From Planctomycetota bacterium (lineage in GTDB: Bacteria > Planctomycetota > B15-G4 > JADJEK01): a stretch of DNA of 64,000 nt. The translations under genes and the position numbers were made by a program. The notes beneath the pieces were generated by a model. The model saw only the letters and a list, made by a program, of their open reading frames with translations. It was not told where the DNA came from and ran no database searches. The DNA is taken from NCBI GenBank assembly GCA_044225365.1, contig JBGAIQ010000001.1, positions 288,001 to 352,000 of the forward strand, given 5' to 3'. This document shows, piece after piece, positions 54,698 to 63,439 of the stretch (position 1 is the first letter of the stretch; every line of letters starts with the position of its first letter).

Positions 54698-55543
54698 ATG
54701 GGCAACGTGATCTCACGCGTCGTACTCGTCGCATTCGCCGTGGTCGGCCTGTTCACCGCCGGCCTCATCGGGACGCTCGGCGTCCGCGGCAAGCTGAACC
54801 GCGAATCGCTCGCGGAACTCGCGGGAGTGAAGGACGAGAACGCCGAGAAGCCAGCGGGCGAGGAAAGCGCGACGGGCGACGTTTCGAAGGACGCGGCCAA
54901 GTCGAACGCCGAGGACGGCAAGGAGCACGGCAAGGAGGCGGCCCCGAACGGAGGGCGTGCCGAATCGTCGCCGCATGCCGTAGCTTCGCTCGCCAGCGCG
55001 GGCCTCGATCGCATCGTGCTGCCCGATCCGTTCTCGAGCGAGAAGACTCACGAACTCTTCGAAGAGCTCGAAGCGACCCGCAGCGAGCTGAAGAACCAAC
55101 TGATCGCCGCACGGCAGAAGGAAGCCGATCTCGAGCTCATCCGGGCGGACCTGAATCGCCGCTGGGACGAGCTCGATCAGCGCGAACAGGAGCTCGAGGA
55201 GTCCCGCAAGGGTGTCGAGGCCGACAAGGTCGACCTGCGCGACAAAACGGTCCTTCTCGAAGAAGCCGAAGATGCGAACTTGAGAGATGCAGCCAAAAAG
55301 ATCGAAAAGATGAAAGCGCAGGCGGCCGCCGCCCTGCTCGAGACGAAGGATCCGGCCATGGCGGCGAAGATCCTGAGCAGTATCGGTGACCGCGAGGCGG
55401 GCAAGATCATGGAGAACCTGAAGCCGGAGTTCCTGAGCAAGGTCCTCGAGAAGGCGATCAACATCATCCGACCGAAGTCGGTGGGATCGAGTTCGACGTC
55501 GAAGGACGGTTCGGGCAGCGCGCCAGGCCAGGACAAGCCGTGA
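54698..55543 (+). CDS. MotE/YlxF/FlbB-like protein (TM + coiled coil + MgtE_N-like helices)
   Basis: N-terminal TM, coiled coil, then KMKAQAAAALL...AAKILSSIGDREAGKIMENL; follows fliJ, as ylxF/flbB do. Confidence 0.7.
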   Translation: MGNVISRVVLVAFAVVGLFTAGLIGTLGVRGKLNRESLAELAGVKDENAEKPAGEESATGDVSKDAAKSNAEDGKEHGKEAAPNGGRAESSPHAVASLASAGLDRIVLPDPFSSEKTHELFEELEATRSELKNQLIAARQKEADLELIRADLNRRWDELDQREQELEESRKGVEADKVDLRDKTVLLEEAEDANLRDAAKKIEKMKAQAAAALLETKDPAMAAKILSSIGDREAGKIMENLKPEFLSKVLEKAINIIRPKSVGSSSTSKDGSGSAPGQDKP

Positions 55544-55565
55544 CGGAATCGAGTCGGAGAGAGCG

Positions 55566-56096
55566 ATGAGTGACGCCAAACAAGAGAATGCGGAAGCTCC
55601 GGCGGCGGCGCCCCCGGCGGGCGGCGGCGGAAAAGCCACCTTCATCGGCGGCCTCTTCGGAGTGCTGCTGGTGATCGGCGGCGGTGTCGCGATCGGGATC
55701 GTCGGATTCCCCGGCAAGCACCACGAGCCGAAGGAGGAGCATCACGATCCGATGGTGGACCCGGAGGCCAAGAAGCCGAGTGCGGTGATGACCGTGCCGC
55801 AACTCATCGTGAATCTCTCGGACACCTCCGGCAAGCACATCCTGCAGTCGCAGTGGTCACTCGAGGTGACCGCGACCGATATTGCCGCGGCATCCACGAA
55901 ATTCTCGGATTGGTTGCCCAGGGTCCAGGACCAGATGATCAAGATCATCTCGTCGAAGCGCTCGATCGATCTGGAAGGACAACAGAACAAGGATTTCCTT
56001 CAGACACAGATCAAGGACCGGTTGAATGAGTCGGTCTTCGCGACCGAGGAAGCCAAGGTCCGCGGCGTCTACTTCACCGAGTTCGTGATCCAGTGA
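55566..56096 (+). CDS. fliL: Flagellar basal-body-associated protein FliL
   Basis: TM then LIVNLSD..GKH.L, PRVQD, VRGVYFTEFVIQ. Confidence 0.92.
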   Translation: MSDAKQENAEAPAAAPPAGGGGKATFIGGLFGVLLVIGGGVAIGIVGFPGKHHEPKEEHHDPMVDPEAKKPSAVMTVPQLIVNLSDTSGKHILQSQWSLEVTATDIAAASTKFSDWLPRVQDQMIKIISSKRSIDLEGQQNKDFLQTQIKDRLNESVFATEEAKVRGVYFTEFVIQ

Positions 56097-56118
56097 AACC
56101 GTTCCGTTCGAGGCAGGC

Positions 56119-57135
56119 ATGAGCGACACGACGAGCGAGAGCTCCGCGAGCGAGGGAGCCGAGGAAGCGCCTCGGATCTTCGGGCGTCGCCACGAGCGCG
56201 GCACTCCGACGGTGGAGACTCGCGATTTCCGCGGCGCGCCGCGTCCGGGGCTCGCGGAGCGCAAGGAACTGGAGGATCTCGCCGCGCGAATCGGGAAGCG
56301 GATCGAGCGCGGCATCGGTAACTACCTGCGCCAGGTCGCGCGCGTCGAATCCGTCGCGCCCGAGGTGCTCGAGTACCAGGAGGCCGTGCGCGGCTTCTCC
56401 GAGAAGGATTGGATCGTTCCGCTGCTCGCCGACGGCGGCGATCGCGGCGTCCTGCGCATCGACGATGCGCTCCAGAACATGCTCCTCACGCGAGTTCTCG
56501 GCGGCGGACCCGTCCCCAAGACGGAGGGCCAGCCCGACGCCGCGCCCGAGGAGGAATTCTTCGAGTACGAGACTGCACTCTCGATCGAAGTCGGCATGAT
56601 CAGTCGCGCGGCACTGAAGCCGCTCGTTCGTGCGATCCTGAGGGAGTGGAACCTGCAGCTCCGTGAGAGCAAGCCTCCCTACGCGCTCGATACGGCCCGC
56701 GAAACCCTGCCCGCGGCGCGGCAACTGCGCTCGAGCGATGTCGTCATTGCGTTCGAGAGCGAACTCTATCTCGGCACCGACCACGGCCGCATCCAGCTCC
56801 TGCTGCAGGCGTCGTCGCTCGCCGAGATGTTGAATTCGGCCGCGTCGGAGCGCAACGTGAAGGCGCCGGTCGATCCGAAGACGCGTCGTGGCATGGAATC
56901 CGTGGTGCGGTCGATCGATGTCGGAATGGCGGTTGTGCTCGGCGGCGCGTCCATCGAATTGAAGGACTACATGAAGCTCGGCGTCGGAGACGTGATGATC
57001 CTCGATCGCAAGGTCGGCGAGCCGCTGCGCGTGCTCGCGGGTGATGCGGGTGAATTCACTGGCCAGCCCGGTCGGATCGGCAACAAGATCGCCGTGCGCA
57101 TCCTCGAGCGACTGGATTCGGAGACCTCATCATGA
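56119..57135 (+). CDS. fliM: Motor switch protein FliM (no N-terminal CheY-binding motif)
   Basis: RDFR, CheC-like middle domain (LLTRVLGG), C-terminal SPOA (LGVGDVMILD, GQPGRIGNKIAVRI); between fliL and fliN. Confidence 0.8.
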   Translation: MSDTTSESSASEGAEEAPRIFGRRHERGTPTVETRDFRGAPRPGLAERKELEDLAARIGKRIERGIGNYLRQVARVESVAPEVLEYQEAVRGFSEKDWIVPLLADGGDRGVLRIDDALQNMLLTRVLGGGPVPKTEGQPDAAPEEEFFEYETALSIEVGMISRAALKPLVRAILREWNLQLRESKPPYALDTARETLPAARQLRSSDVVIAFESELYLGTDHGRIQLLLQASSLAEMLNSAASERNVKAPVDPKTRRGMESVVRSIDVGMAVVLGGASIELKDYMKLGVGDVMILDRKVGEPLRVLAGDAGEFTGQPGRIGNKIAVRILERLDSETSS

Positions 57136-57521
57136 GCGACAGCGAAGTCATCGAGGGCAACGACCCCACGCGGGGCGCCGACCCGGCGGCGGCGACGCTC
57201 GACGCGCCGTCTTCCGAGAGCGAGGGTCCCAAGGCTGCACCGGTGCGTTTCCCCGAACTCCATGGATCGGCCGCCAAGAGCGGCGAAACGGCTCTCGATC
57301 GCATCTACGACCTCACCGTTCCCGTCACGGTCGAACTCGGCCGCGCGACGCTCTCGGTTCAGGAGATCCTCGAACTATCGCCCGGCGCCGTCGTCGAACT
57401 CGACCGCGCGGCGGATGCTCCCGTCGAGCTCTTCGTCCACGGCAAGTGCGTCGCCAAGGGTCAGATCGTCGTCGTCGACGGCTACTACGGCATCCGCATC
57501 ACGGCGCTGAAGGAGAATTGA
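57132..57521 (+). CDS. fliN: Motor switch protein FliN
   Basis: DLTVPVTVELGR...ILELSPGAVVELDR...AKGQIVVVDGYYGIRIT. Confidence 0.95.
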   Translation: MSDSEVIEGNDPTRGADPAAATLDAPSSESEGPKAAPVRFPELHGSAAKSGETALDRIYDLTVPVTVELGRATLSVQEILELSPGAVVELDRAADAPVELFVHGKCVAKGQIVVVDGYYGIRITALKEN

Positions 57522-57676
57522 GGGCGCGCGTCCGTTTCCGTCAAGACCGGATCAGCCTTCGATCAAGTCGGTGCGGCGTCCTTGAGGGACGAGGAGAGCG
57601 GCCATAGGGTCGCACGCACGCGCCCCCAAGGTCTGTGAATCTCGCAGCTCCCTCGGAGCGCGCAGGCATCCTCGAC

Positions 57677-58984
57677 ATGCGCCGCGCTCCTGTTCGCATC
57701 GCCGCGTTGTTCGCTGCCGGATTCGTCGCCCTCGCGGGCGCCGCGAACGGCTGGTTGCGTCCCTCGCTCTTCGTCGTCGATCGCTTCGTGCTGCCGAGGA
57801 TCCCCTTGAGGGCGGCCCAGCCGACCCTGCTCGACGATCGCGGTATCGTGCTCGGCGGGATCGGCAGCGATCTGTGGCGTGCGCCGGAAGACCCGCCCGG
57901 CGAGTTCTACATGGTCACCGACCGCGGCCCGAACGGTGAGGTCGACGTCCTCGGCAAGAAGCGACGGACCTTTCTCGTTCCCGACTTCGCACCGATGATC
58001 CTGAAGGTGAGGGCACGCGACGGCCTCCTTGAGATCGAGGAGTCGATCGTGCTGAAGGATCCGTTCGGAAAGCCGCTCAGCGGGCTTTCCAACGAGAGCG
58101 ATCGCGATGAGACGCCCTACGACCACGACGGCGCGAGTCCTCTTCGATACGACCGCAACGGAGTGGACACCGAAGGGCTCGTGCGACTTCCCGACGGCTC
58201 GTTCTTCGTCGCCGAGGAGTATGCGCCGTCGCTGCTGCATGTTGCGGCCGATGGCTCCGTGATCGAACGCTTCGTACCGCACGGCACGAAACAGGAGGGC
58301 GCCACGGTCCGCATGACGGATGCATTGCCCGCGATCCTGTCGCGACGGAGCAAGAACCGTGGGTTCGAGGCGCTCGCACTCGACTGCATGGACCCGCGGG
58401 GGATCACGCTCTACGCCGCGATGCAGAGCCCGCTGGCGAACCCCGACTCGGATACCGCGAAGAATTCGCGCAACACTCGGATCCTCGCATTCGACGTCGC
58501 GCGCGGTGAGGTCACCGCCGAGTACGTGTTCCGATTCGCCGACTGGAAGCGATTCGACCCGCGCGCGAGATCGGCGGCCGACTTGAAGATCGGGGCGCTC
58601 GCGTGCAATGCGCCCGGTCGTCTGCTCGTCCTCGAGCGCACCGACGAGGTGGCTCGGCTCGTCGAGGTCGAGATCGATCCTGCGAAGAGCATCCTCGGCG
58701 GAGACTTCGATGGCATGACGACCCGGCCGACACTCGAGCAGATACCCGACACCGAGAGGGCGGGTGTGCCATGCCTCGTCCGACACGACCTCGCCCGACT
58801 CGATCCGGAGGCGATCGGATCGCCTCGCAAGATCGAAGGTATCGCGATCGTGGACGACCACACGATCGCGATCTCGAACGACGACGATTTCGGCGTCGGC
58901 GAGGCGACCTCCGACGCGAGCGCGTGGAACCGCGAGGGCCGCAGCGAGATCGTGTACGTCAGGATCCCGTTCGCATTGCGCTGA
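57677..58984 (+). CDS. Esterase-like activity of phytase family protein
   Basis: GGIGSDL, VTDRGPN, GVDTEGLV, VAEEYAPSL, NRGFEALA, AMQSPL, KIEGIA, NDDDFG; signal-like N-terminus. Confidence 0.88.
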   Translation: MRRAPVRIAALFAAGFVALAGAANGWLRPSLFVVDRFVLPRIPLRAAQPTLLDDRGIVLGGIGSDLWRAPEDPPGEFYMVTDRGPNGEVDVLGKKRRTFLVPDFAPMILKVRARDGLLEIEESIVLKDPFGKPLSGLSNESDRDETPYDHDGASPLRYDRNGVDTEGLVRLPDGSFFVAEEYAPSLLHVAADGSVIERFVPHGTKQEGATVRMTDALPAILSRRSKNRGFEALALDCMDPRGITLYAAMQSPLANPDSDTAKNSRNTRILAFDVARGEVTAEYVFRFADWKRFDPRARSAADLKIGALACNAPGRLLVLERTDEVARLVEVEIDPAKSILGGDFDGMTTRPTLEQIPDTERAGVPCLVRHDLARLDPEAIGSPRKIEGIAIVDDHTIAISNDDDFGVGEATSDASAWNREGRSEIVYVRIPFALR

Positions 58985-58993
58985 ATGGACCCG

Positions 58994-61435
58994 TTACGGC
59001 AGGAGCGCGATCTGGATCGCGTTGCTGATGCCGTAGCCGTGCGCCTGCGTCGGATCGACGTAGACGATCTGCGTGTAGATCGAGAGCGGACCTCCGCCGC
59101 CGGGAACTCCTGGAATGGAGAGACTGCCGGTGGAGTCCGTCGGCAACGAGATCAGCACCGCGGTGGGGATCGGGAGGAGAGTGCCTCCGGCGAACGGTGT
59201 CGGATGGCTCGTCGTCGCGGCCAGGATGAACGCGAGTTGGGACGGAGCGGCGCCGGTGAGCTTCAACGTGGCGTTCGTCCCGAGCGAGAGATTGCCGCCA
59301 CATATCGACAGCACGCTCGGACCGGGGCCACCGAAACCGAGGCTCGCCTGGCAGGTCGTGACCGCCGGCAGTCCGCGATCGGTGACCGTGATCGTCACGG
59401 TGTCGCTGCTCGTTTGATTGCTCGAATCGCGGCCGGTGAGCGTGATCACATGCGTGCCCACGGAGAGCGAGGCCGTCGAAGTGAGTCGGCCGTGACCGAT
59501 CACGCCGTCGATGTTCGAGGTCCATTCGAGGCTGTCGCCGTCGAGCTTGCGGTCCTCGATGTCGAAACCCGAGCCGTGGAGGATCTCGTTGGCGCCCTTC
59601 CAGTGCTGCGTGCCGGCGTCGGGAGTGAGGATGTAGACCCACGGAGCGTTGCCGGTGGCGGCTTGGGGCAGGAGTGCCGCGAGCGCAGTGTCGGACTCGA
59701 CTGCGGTCGTGCGCAGGCCGTCGCTCGCGAGGAGGAGGAAGCGGGCGTCCGACTTGGGCGCGGGGAGCTTGCCGAGGTCGACGTCGAATTGCGTCGCCGC
59801 GAGGTTCGTCGCAACCGGGATCGCGCGCCCCTTCGTCGGCGAATAGACGACGTAGTAACGCAGTGAGTCGCCATCGGCGTCGCTCGCGGTCCACGTGAGA
59901 TGAACCATCCCAGACGTCGAGCCGGGCGCGATCGCGGCGAATGCGACCATGGGGGCCGTGGCCGAGCGAGACAGCGAGGTGGTCATGCCGGCGCGACCAT
60001 TCTCGATGCGCGCGATCTCGACTCGATCGATCGGCGATCCGTTCGGATCGAGCGCGGGGATCACGGCGCTGAACGCGGCGTGCGGATCGAATTTCGTCGA
60101 ATCCGATCCGCCGCCGCAGGCCGCGCAGCCGTCGAGCGACGTCGCTGCGCCGACGAAGACCTCGGTCACCAAACGGTCGTTCACGAAGCTGCGGACCCGG
60201 ACGTCGGCGACGCTCGGATCGATCGACGGCGAGAGTTCGCCGGTCGTCACGGTGAGTGCCTGCGACACCTCGACGGTTCCGGCGTCTCGATCGCAGAAGC
60301 CCGTCACCATGAACGTCGGATCCGACTGCGCGCTCTTCAGTCCGGAGCACGCGAGGTACGAGTGCCCGTAGAACCAGGAGTAGGTCGAGGGAGCGACCCA
60401 CGCTTCGGGCGTGAGGAGCCCGGCGTACATGATGTCCTTCAGCGTGCTGTCCTTGATCGTCAGCAGATTGTTCGGAACGAGCAGCTCGTCCTCGACGTCG
60501 ACGCCGAAATAACCGACCGTGACCGTGTTGTGCTGCAGTCCGAAGTCGTGACCGAGTTCGTGGGCGAGCGTTCGCTGGTAACGCGTCGGTTCGGTGTTGC
60601 CCATCGCCACATGGCCGTTGATGATCGACTGGCCGTTGTACGGCAAGCCACCGGGGACGAAGGCGTAGAGGAAGTCGGGCTTCGGTACCATGAGCTGCAG
60701 ATCGACGTCGAGCGCCGAGAGTAGGCCCGAACCCGAACCGTCGAGCGAAGACGTCCAGAGCTTGCTCGGCGCATCCGTGCGGTGGTAGTCGAGGTCGCGC
60801 GTCGGATAGATGCCCTGGAAGAACGTGTCGCCCATCCCCGGCTCGATGAGGGTCGGATTCGGCAGGTTCGGGACACTGCCGCCATTCGGGCGATAGTCGA
60901 GCGGGACGTAGGCGAACTCGGGGACCTTTCGGCACGCGAACGAATAGGCCGGCGAGGACTTCACGTTGTTCGTGACGTCGGTCTCGGGGTAGAAGTTCGG
61001 GCCCGGGGGATTCAGTTCGACCGACACGACGACGTTCGACGCGGTGGGCGGCAGGAACGTGAAATTCAAGGTGTCGTTCTCGAGACCCGGGTTCACCGAA
61101 GTCTTCACGACGATGGGGCCGTTCTTCGAGAAGAACGGCGAGCCCGCGATCTCCTGCCCATTCGTGAAGACCCGCATGATCCCGTCGACCAGCACCGTTC
61201 CGGTCGGCGTGCCCGAGTACTTCACCGTCGTTCGAACGAAGGTCGATCGACCGCCGACGAAGATCCCGGAGCCATCCTGGATCGCTTGATTCACTTCCAC
61301 GCGGGCGATCGACAGATCGATCGTCGGTGCTTGGCCGAAGGCTTGGCTCGCTGCGCTGAGCAGAAGGGCTGCGGTGAGCGACCGCGCCAGGTCGGCGCGA
61401 CGGTGGGTGGGAGAACGAAGGAGAGAGGCGCGCAT
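58994..61435 (-). CDS. Secreted metzincin-type metallopeptidase (M66/StcE-like) with Ig-like domains and C-terminal planctomycete-type module
   Basis: Signal peptide; IARVEVNQAIQ; zinc motif LAHELGHDFGLQH; Met-turn DIMY; WTASDADGDSL; LEWTSNIDG.IG.G...LSVGTHVITL. Confidence 0.8.
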   Translation of the reverse strand: MRASLLRSPTHRRADLARSLTAALLLSAASQAFGQAPTIDLSIARVEVNQAIQDGSGIFVGGRSTFVRTTVKYSGTPTGTVLVDGIMRVFTNGQEIAGSPFFSKNGPIVVKTSVNPGLENDTLNFTFLPPTASNVVVSVELNPPGPNFYPETDVTNNVKSSPAYSFACRKVPEFAYVPLDYRPNGGSVPNLPNPTLIEPGMGDTFFQGIYPTRDLDYHRTDAPSKLWTSSLDGSGSGLLSALDVDLQLMVPKPDFLYAFVPGGLPYNGQSIINGHVAMGNTEPTRYQRTLAHELGHDFGLQHNTVTVGYFGVDVEDELLVPNNLLTIKDSTLKDIMYAGLLTPEAWVAPSTYSWFYGHSYLACSGLKSAQSDPTFMVTGFCDRDAGTVEVSQALTVTTGELSPSIDPSVADVRVRSFVNDRLVTEVFVGAATSLDGCAACGGGSDSTKFDPHAAFSAVIPALDPNGSPIDRVEIARIENGRAGMTTSLSRSATAPMVAFAAIAPGSTSGMVHLTWTASDADGDSLRYYVVYSPTKGRAIPVATNLAATQFDVDLGKLPAPKSDARFLLLASDGLRTTAVESDTALAALLPQAATGNAPWVYILTPDAGTQHWKGANEILHGSGFDIEDRKLDGDSLEWTSNIDGVIGHGRLTSTASLSVGTHVITLTGRDSSNQTSSDTVTITVTDRGLPAVTTCQASLGFGGPGPSVLSICGGNLSLGTNATLKLTGAAPSQLAFILAATTSHPTPFAGGTLLPIPTAVLISLPTDSTGSLSIPGVPGGGGPLSIYTQIVYVDPTQAHGYGISNAIQIALLP

Positions 61436-61561
61436 CGAGGAACTCCGGGAGGTGCAGGGTGGGTCGTGTGGAGATGGCGCAGGCGGGCGCTCATCCTACC
61501 GTCCTCCGCGAGTCTCGACAGGCTTCGATCGGTTGGCCGCCCTGGTAATCTCGCCGCCCTC

Positions 61562-63334
61562 ATGAGTTCCGTGCTGCTCGTCCTCGGGAGTCCTCCCGCA
61601 CGTGCGCTGCTCGCGGACGCGTTGGCGCGCGTCGCGACCGGCCGCGGGCGCGCGGCGCGCTTCGCGAACGACTTCCTCGAGATCGCGTTTGATCTCGAGG
61701 CGCATGATGACGCGTTCGAAGCGACCGAGCGTTCGTGCGTCGTGCAGCTCGGCGTCGCCGTTTCGCCACCCGGCGCGTCGGCGCCGCGCGAAGGTCGCTT
61801 CGTCCGAATCGAAGCCGACGCTGCCGGAAATGCGACGATCGAGACCGACGCGCTCGGAATGTTCCCGCTCTACGGTTGCGAACTCGAGAGCGATCACGGG
61901 CCGATCACCGTCGTGACGAGCCATCTCTCGATCGTCCGCCGCCCCGACGAGAGAGCGAGCGATCCGGTCGGAATCGCGTCGTTCCTCGCTCTCGGTTGGC
62001 CGCTCGCGCACCGGACGCTCGATCGACGGTTCCATGTCCTGCCCGCGGGGATCACGCGGTTCACCGCGGGTCGGAGGGGCGCGATAGCCTTCGGACTCGA
62101 CAGCGCTCGATCGCTGCTGCCATCGCGTCGGGAGCGCGAGCCGACGCGCGAACTCGCGAGGCGCACGCTGGACGAGTTGAGCGCGCTCGCGCGCATGCGC
62201 TACGCGACGCGGCCGGACACCGTCGTGCAATTGACCGGCGGACAGGATTCGCGACTCGTGCTCGCGGTCTGCATTGCGGCGGGCTTCCGCCCCGAATGCG
62301 TCACCCGAGGAGATTCGAACGATCCCGAGGTGCGAATCGCGAGCGCGGTCGCGCGACGAGTGGGAAGTCCGCATCGGGTGCTCGCGGAGGAAGATTGCAC
62401 TCTCGACTGGCGGGAGCGCGCGCGGGAATTGCTCGCGCGGACCGACGGGATGGTGAGTCTCTGGCAGCTCGCCGACGTGCGCGTGCGAGGAGACGATCGG
62501 CCTCGTGGTCTTTCCAATCCGTCCAATCCCTCCAATCCCTCCAATCCTTCCAATCCTTCCAATCCTTCCATGCTCGGCGGAATCGGCGGGGAGACCGCGC
62601 GGCGCTACTATCGACAGGCGTCGACCCTCGATGCTCGCGCGAGTGGGGCGGAGATCGTCTCGCGGCTCCACCGACGCCTCGCGAAGAACCCGGGGGAACT
62701 CATCGCTCTGGACGTCTTCAGAATCTTCGAGTCGGCGCTCCGCGAACGTCTCCTGGAATTCGTCGAGCCGCTCGTCGATCCTCGCGACCTGCCGGACGTG
62801 TTCTACGCGTTCGAGCGCGTGAGGCGCTGGGGCGGCAACAACGCGCGGAAGATCGATCCGGCCGCGACCACGTTGCCCTTACTCGCGACCGCGACGTTCA
62901 CTCGGTCCGCCCTCGCCCTCGATCCGAACGCGAGGCTCGAGAGCGCGCTCCATCGCGAGATGCTGTTCGCTGCCCACCGGTCGCTCGCGGAGCTTCCCCT
63001 GCTCGGTTCGGACTGGGGTTCGGATCGGTACCGTGGTCGATCGAAGCTCGGGCGCGCGATCGCGCGCTGGCGCGATCGCGAACTGGCGCGAGTCGCCGCC
63101 GCGGGGACCGCGACGACGATCGAGAGCGGCCGAGATCGCTTGATGGCCTCCCTCGTCCGCGAACTCGCTCCGCGGATCCTCGATTCGCCGAGTTCGTGGT
63201 TCTTCGAGATCGTCGATCGGGGTGCGTTCGAACGCGAACTCCGGCGCGGGGATTCGCGCTCGCGAGACGCTGCCTCGCAAGCCCTCGTCGCGGCGCTCAC
63301 GGTCTGGCTCGCGGTCGAGGGATCGTCGCCGTGA
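61562..63334 (+). CDS. Asparagine-synthetase-related protein with degenerate amidotransferase domain
   Basis: No N-terminal Cys; TDALGMFPLY, PP-loop variant LTGGQDSRLVLA, LGGIGGE, ERVRRW. Confidence 0.75.
   Translation: MSSVLLVLGSPPARALLADALARVATGRGRAARFANDFLEIAFDLEAHDDAFEATERSCVVQLGVAVSPPGASAPREGRFVRIEADAAGNATIETDALGMFPLYGCELESDHGPITVVTSHLSIVRRPDERASDPVGIASFLALGWPLAHRTLDRRFHVLPAGITRFTAGRRGAIAFGLDSARSLLPSRREREPTRELARRTLDELSALARMRYATRPDTVVQLTGGQDSRLVLAVCIAAGFRPECVTRGDSNDPEVRIASAVARRVGSPHRVLAEEDCTLDWRERARELLARTDGMVSLWQLADVRVRGDDRPRGLSNPSNPSNPSNPSNPSNPSMLGGIGGETARRYYRQASTLDARASGAEIVSRLHRRLAKNPGELIALDVFRIFESALRERLLEFVEPLVDPRDLPDVFYAFERVRRWGGNNARKIDPAATTLPLLATATFTRSALALDPNARLESALHREMLFAAHRSLAELPLLGSDWGSDRYRGRSKLGRAIARWRDRELARVAAAGTATTIESGRDRLMASLVRELAPRILDSPSSWFFEIVDRGAFERELRRGDSRSRDAASQALVAALTVWLAVEGSSP
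62513..62570 (+). repeat. In-frame 9-bp tandem repeat (TCCAATCCN x6) encoding (SNP)6
   Basis: tccaatccg, tccaatccc x2, tccaatcct x3, then tcca. Confidence 0.95.
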
Positions 63335-63439
63335 AGCGAGGGAGGCGGTCGTTCGAAGCGTCGTCGTACTCGACTTTCCGGCGAGACGGGTAGGATCCCG
63401 CTTCCTCGTCGAACCGAGTTCAGCAGGAGCAGTGCGCGC

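Noticed and set aside
60782-61561. N-terminal extension of the asparagine-synthetase-like ORF (850 aa)
   Set aside because: It is antisense to the metzincin gene. The plausible start is ATG 61562.
61562-63334. Lasso peptide cyclase cluster
   Set aside because: No precursor, B1/RRE or B2 protease is visible nearby, and the neighbour is a canonical AsnB. Not fully excluded, because the window ends.
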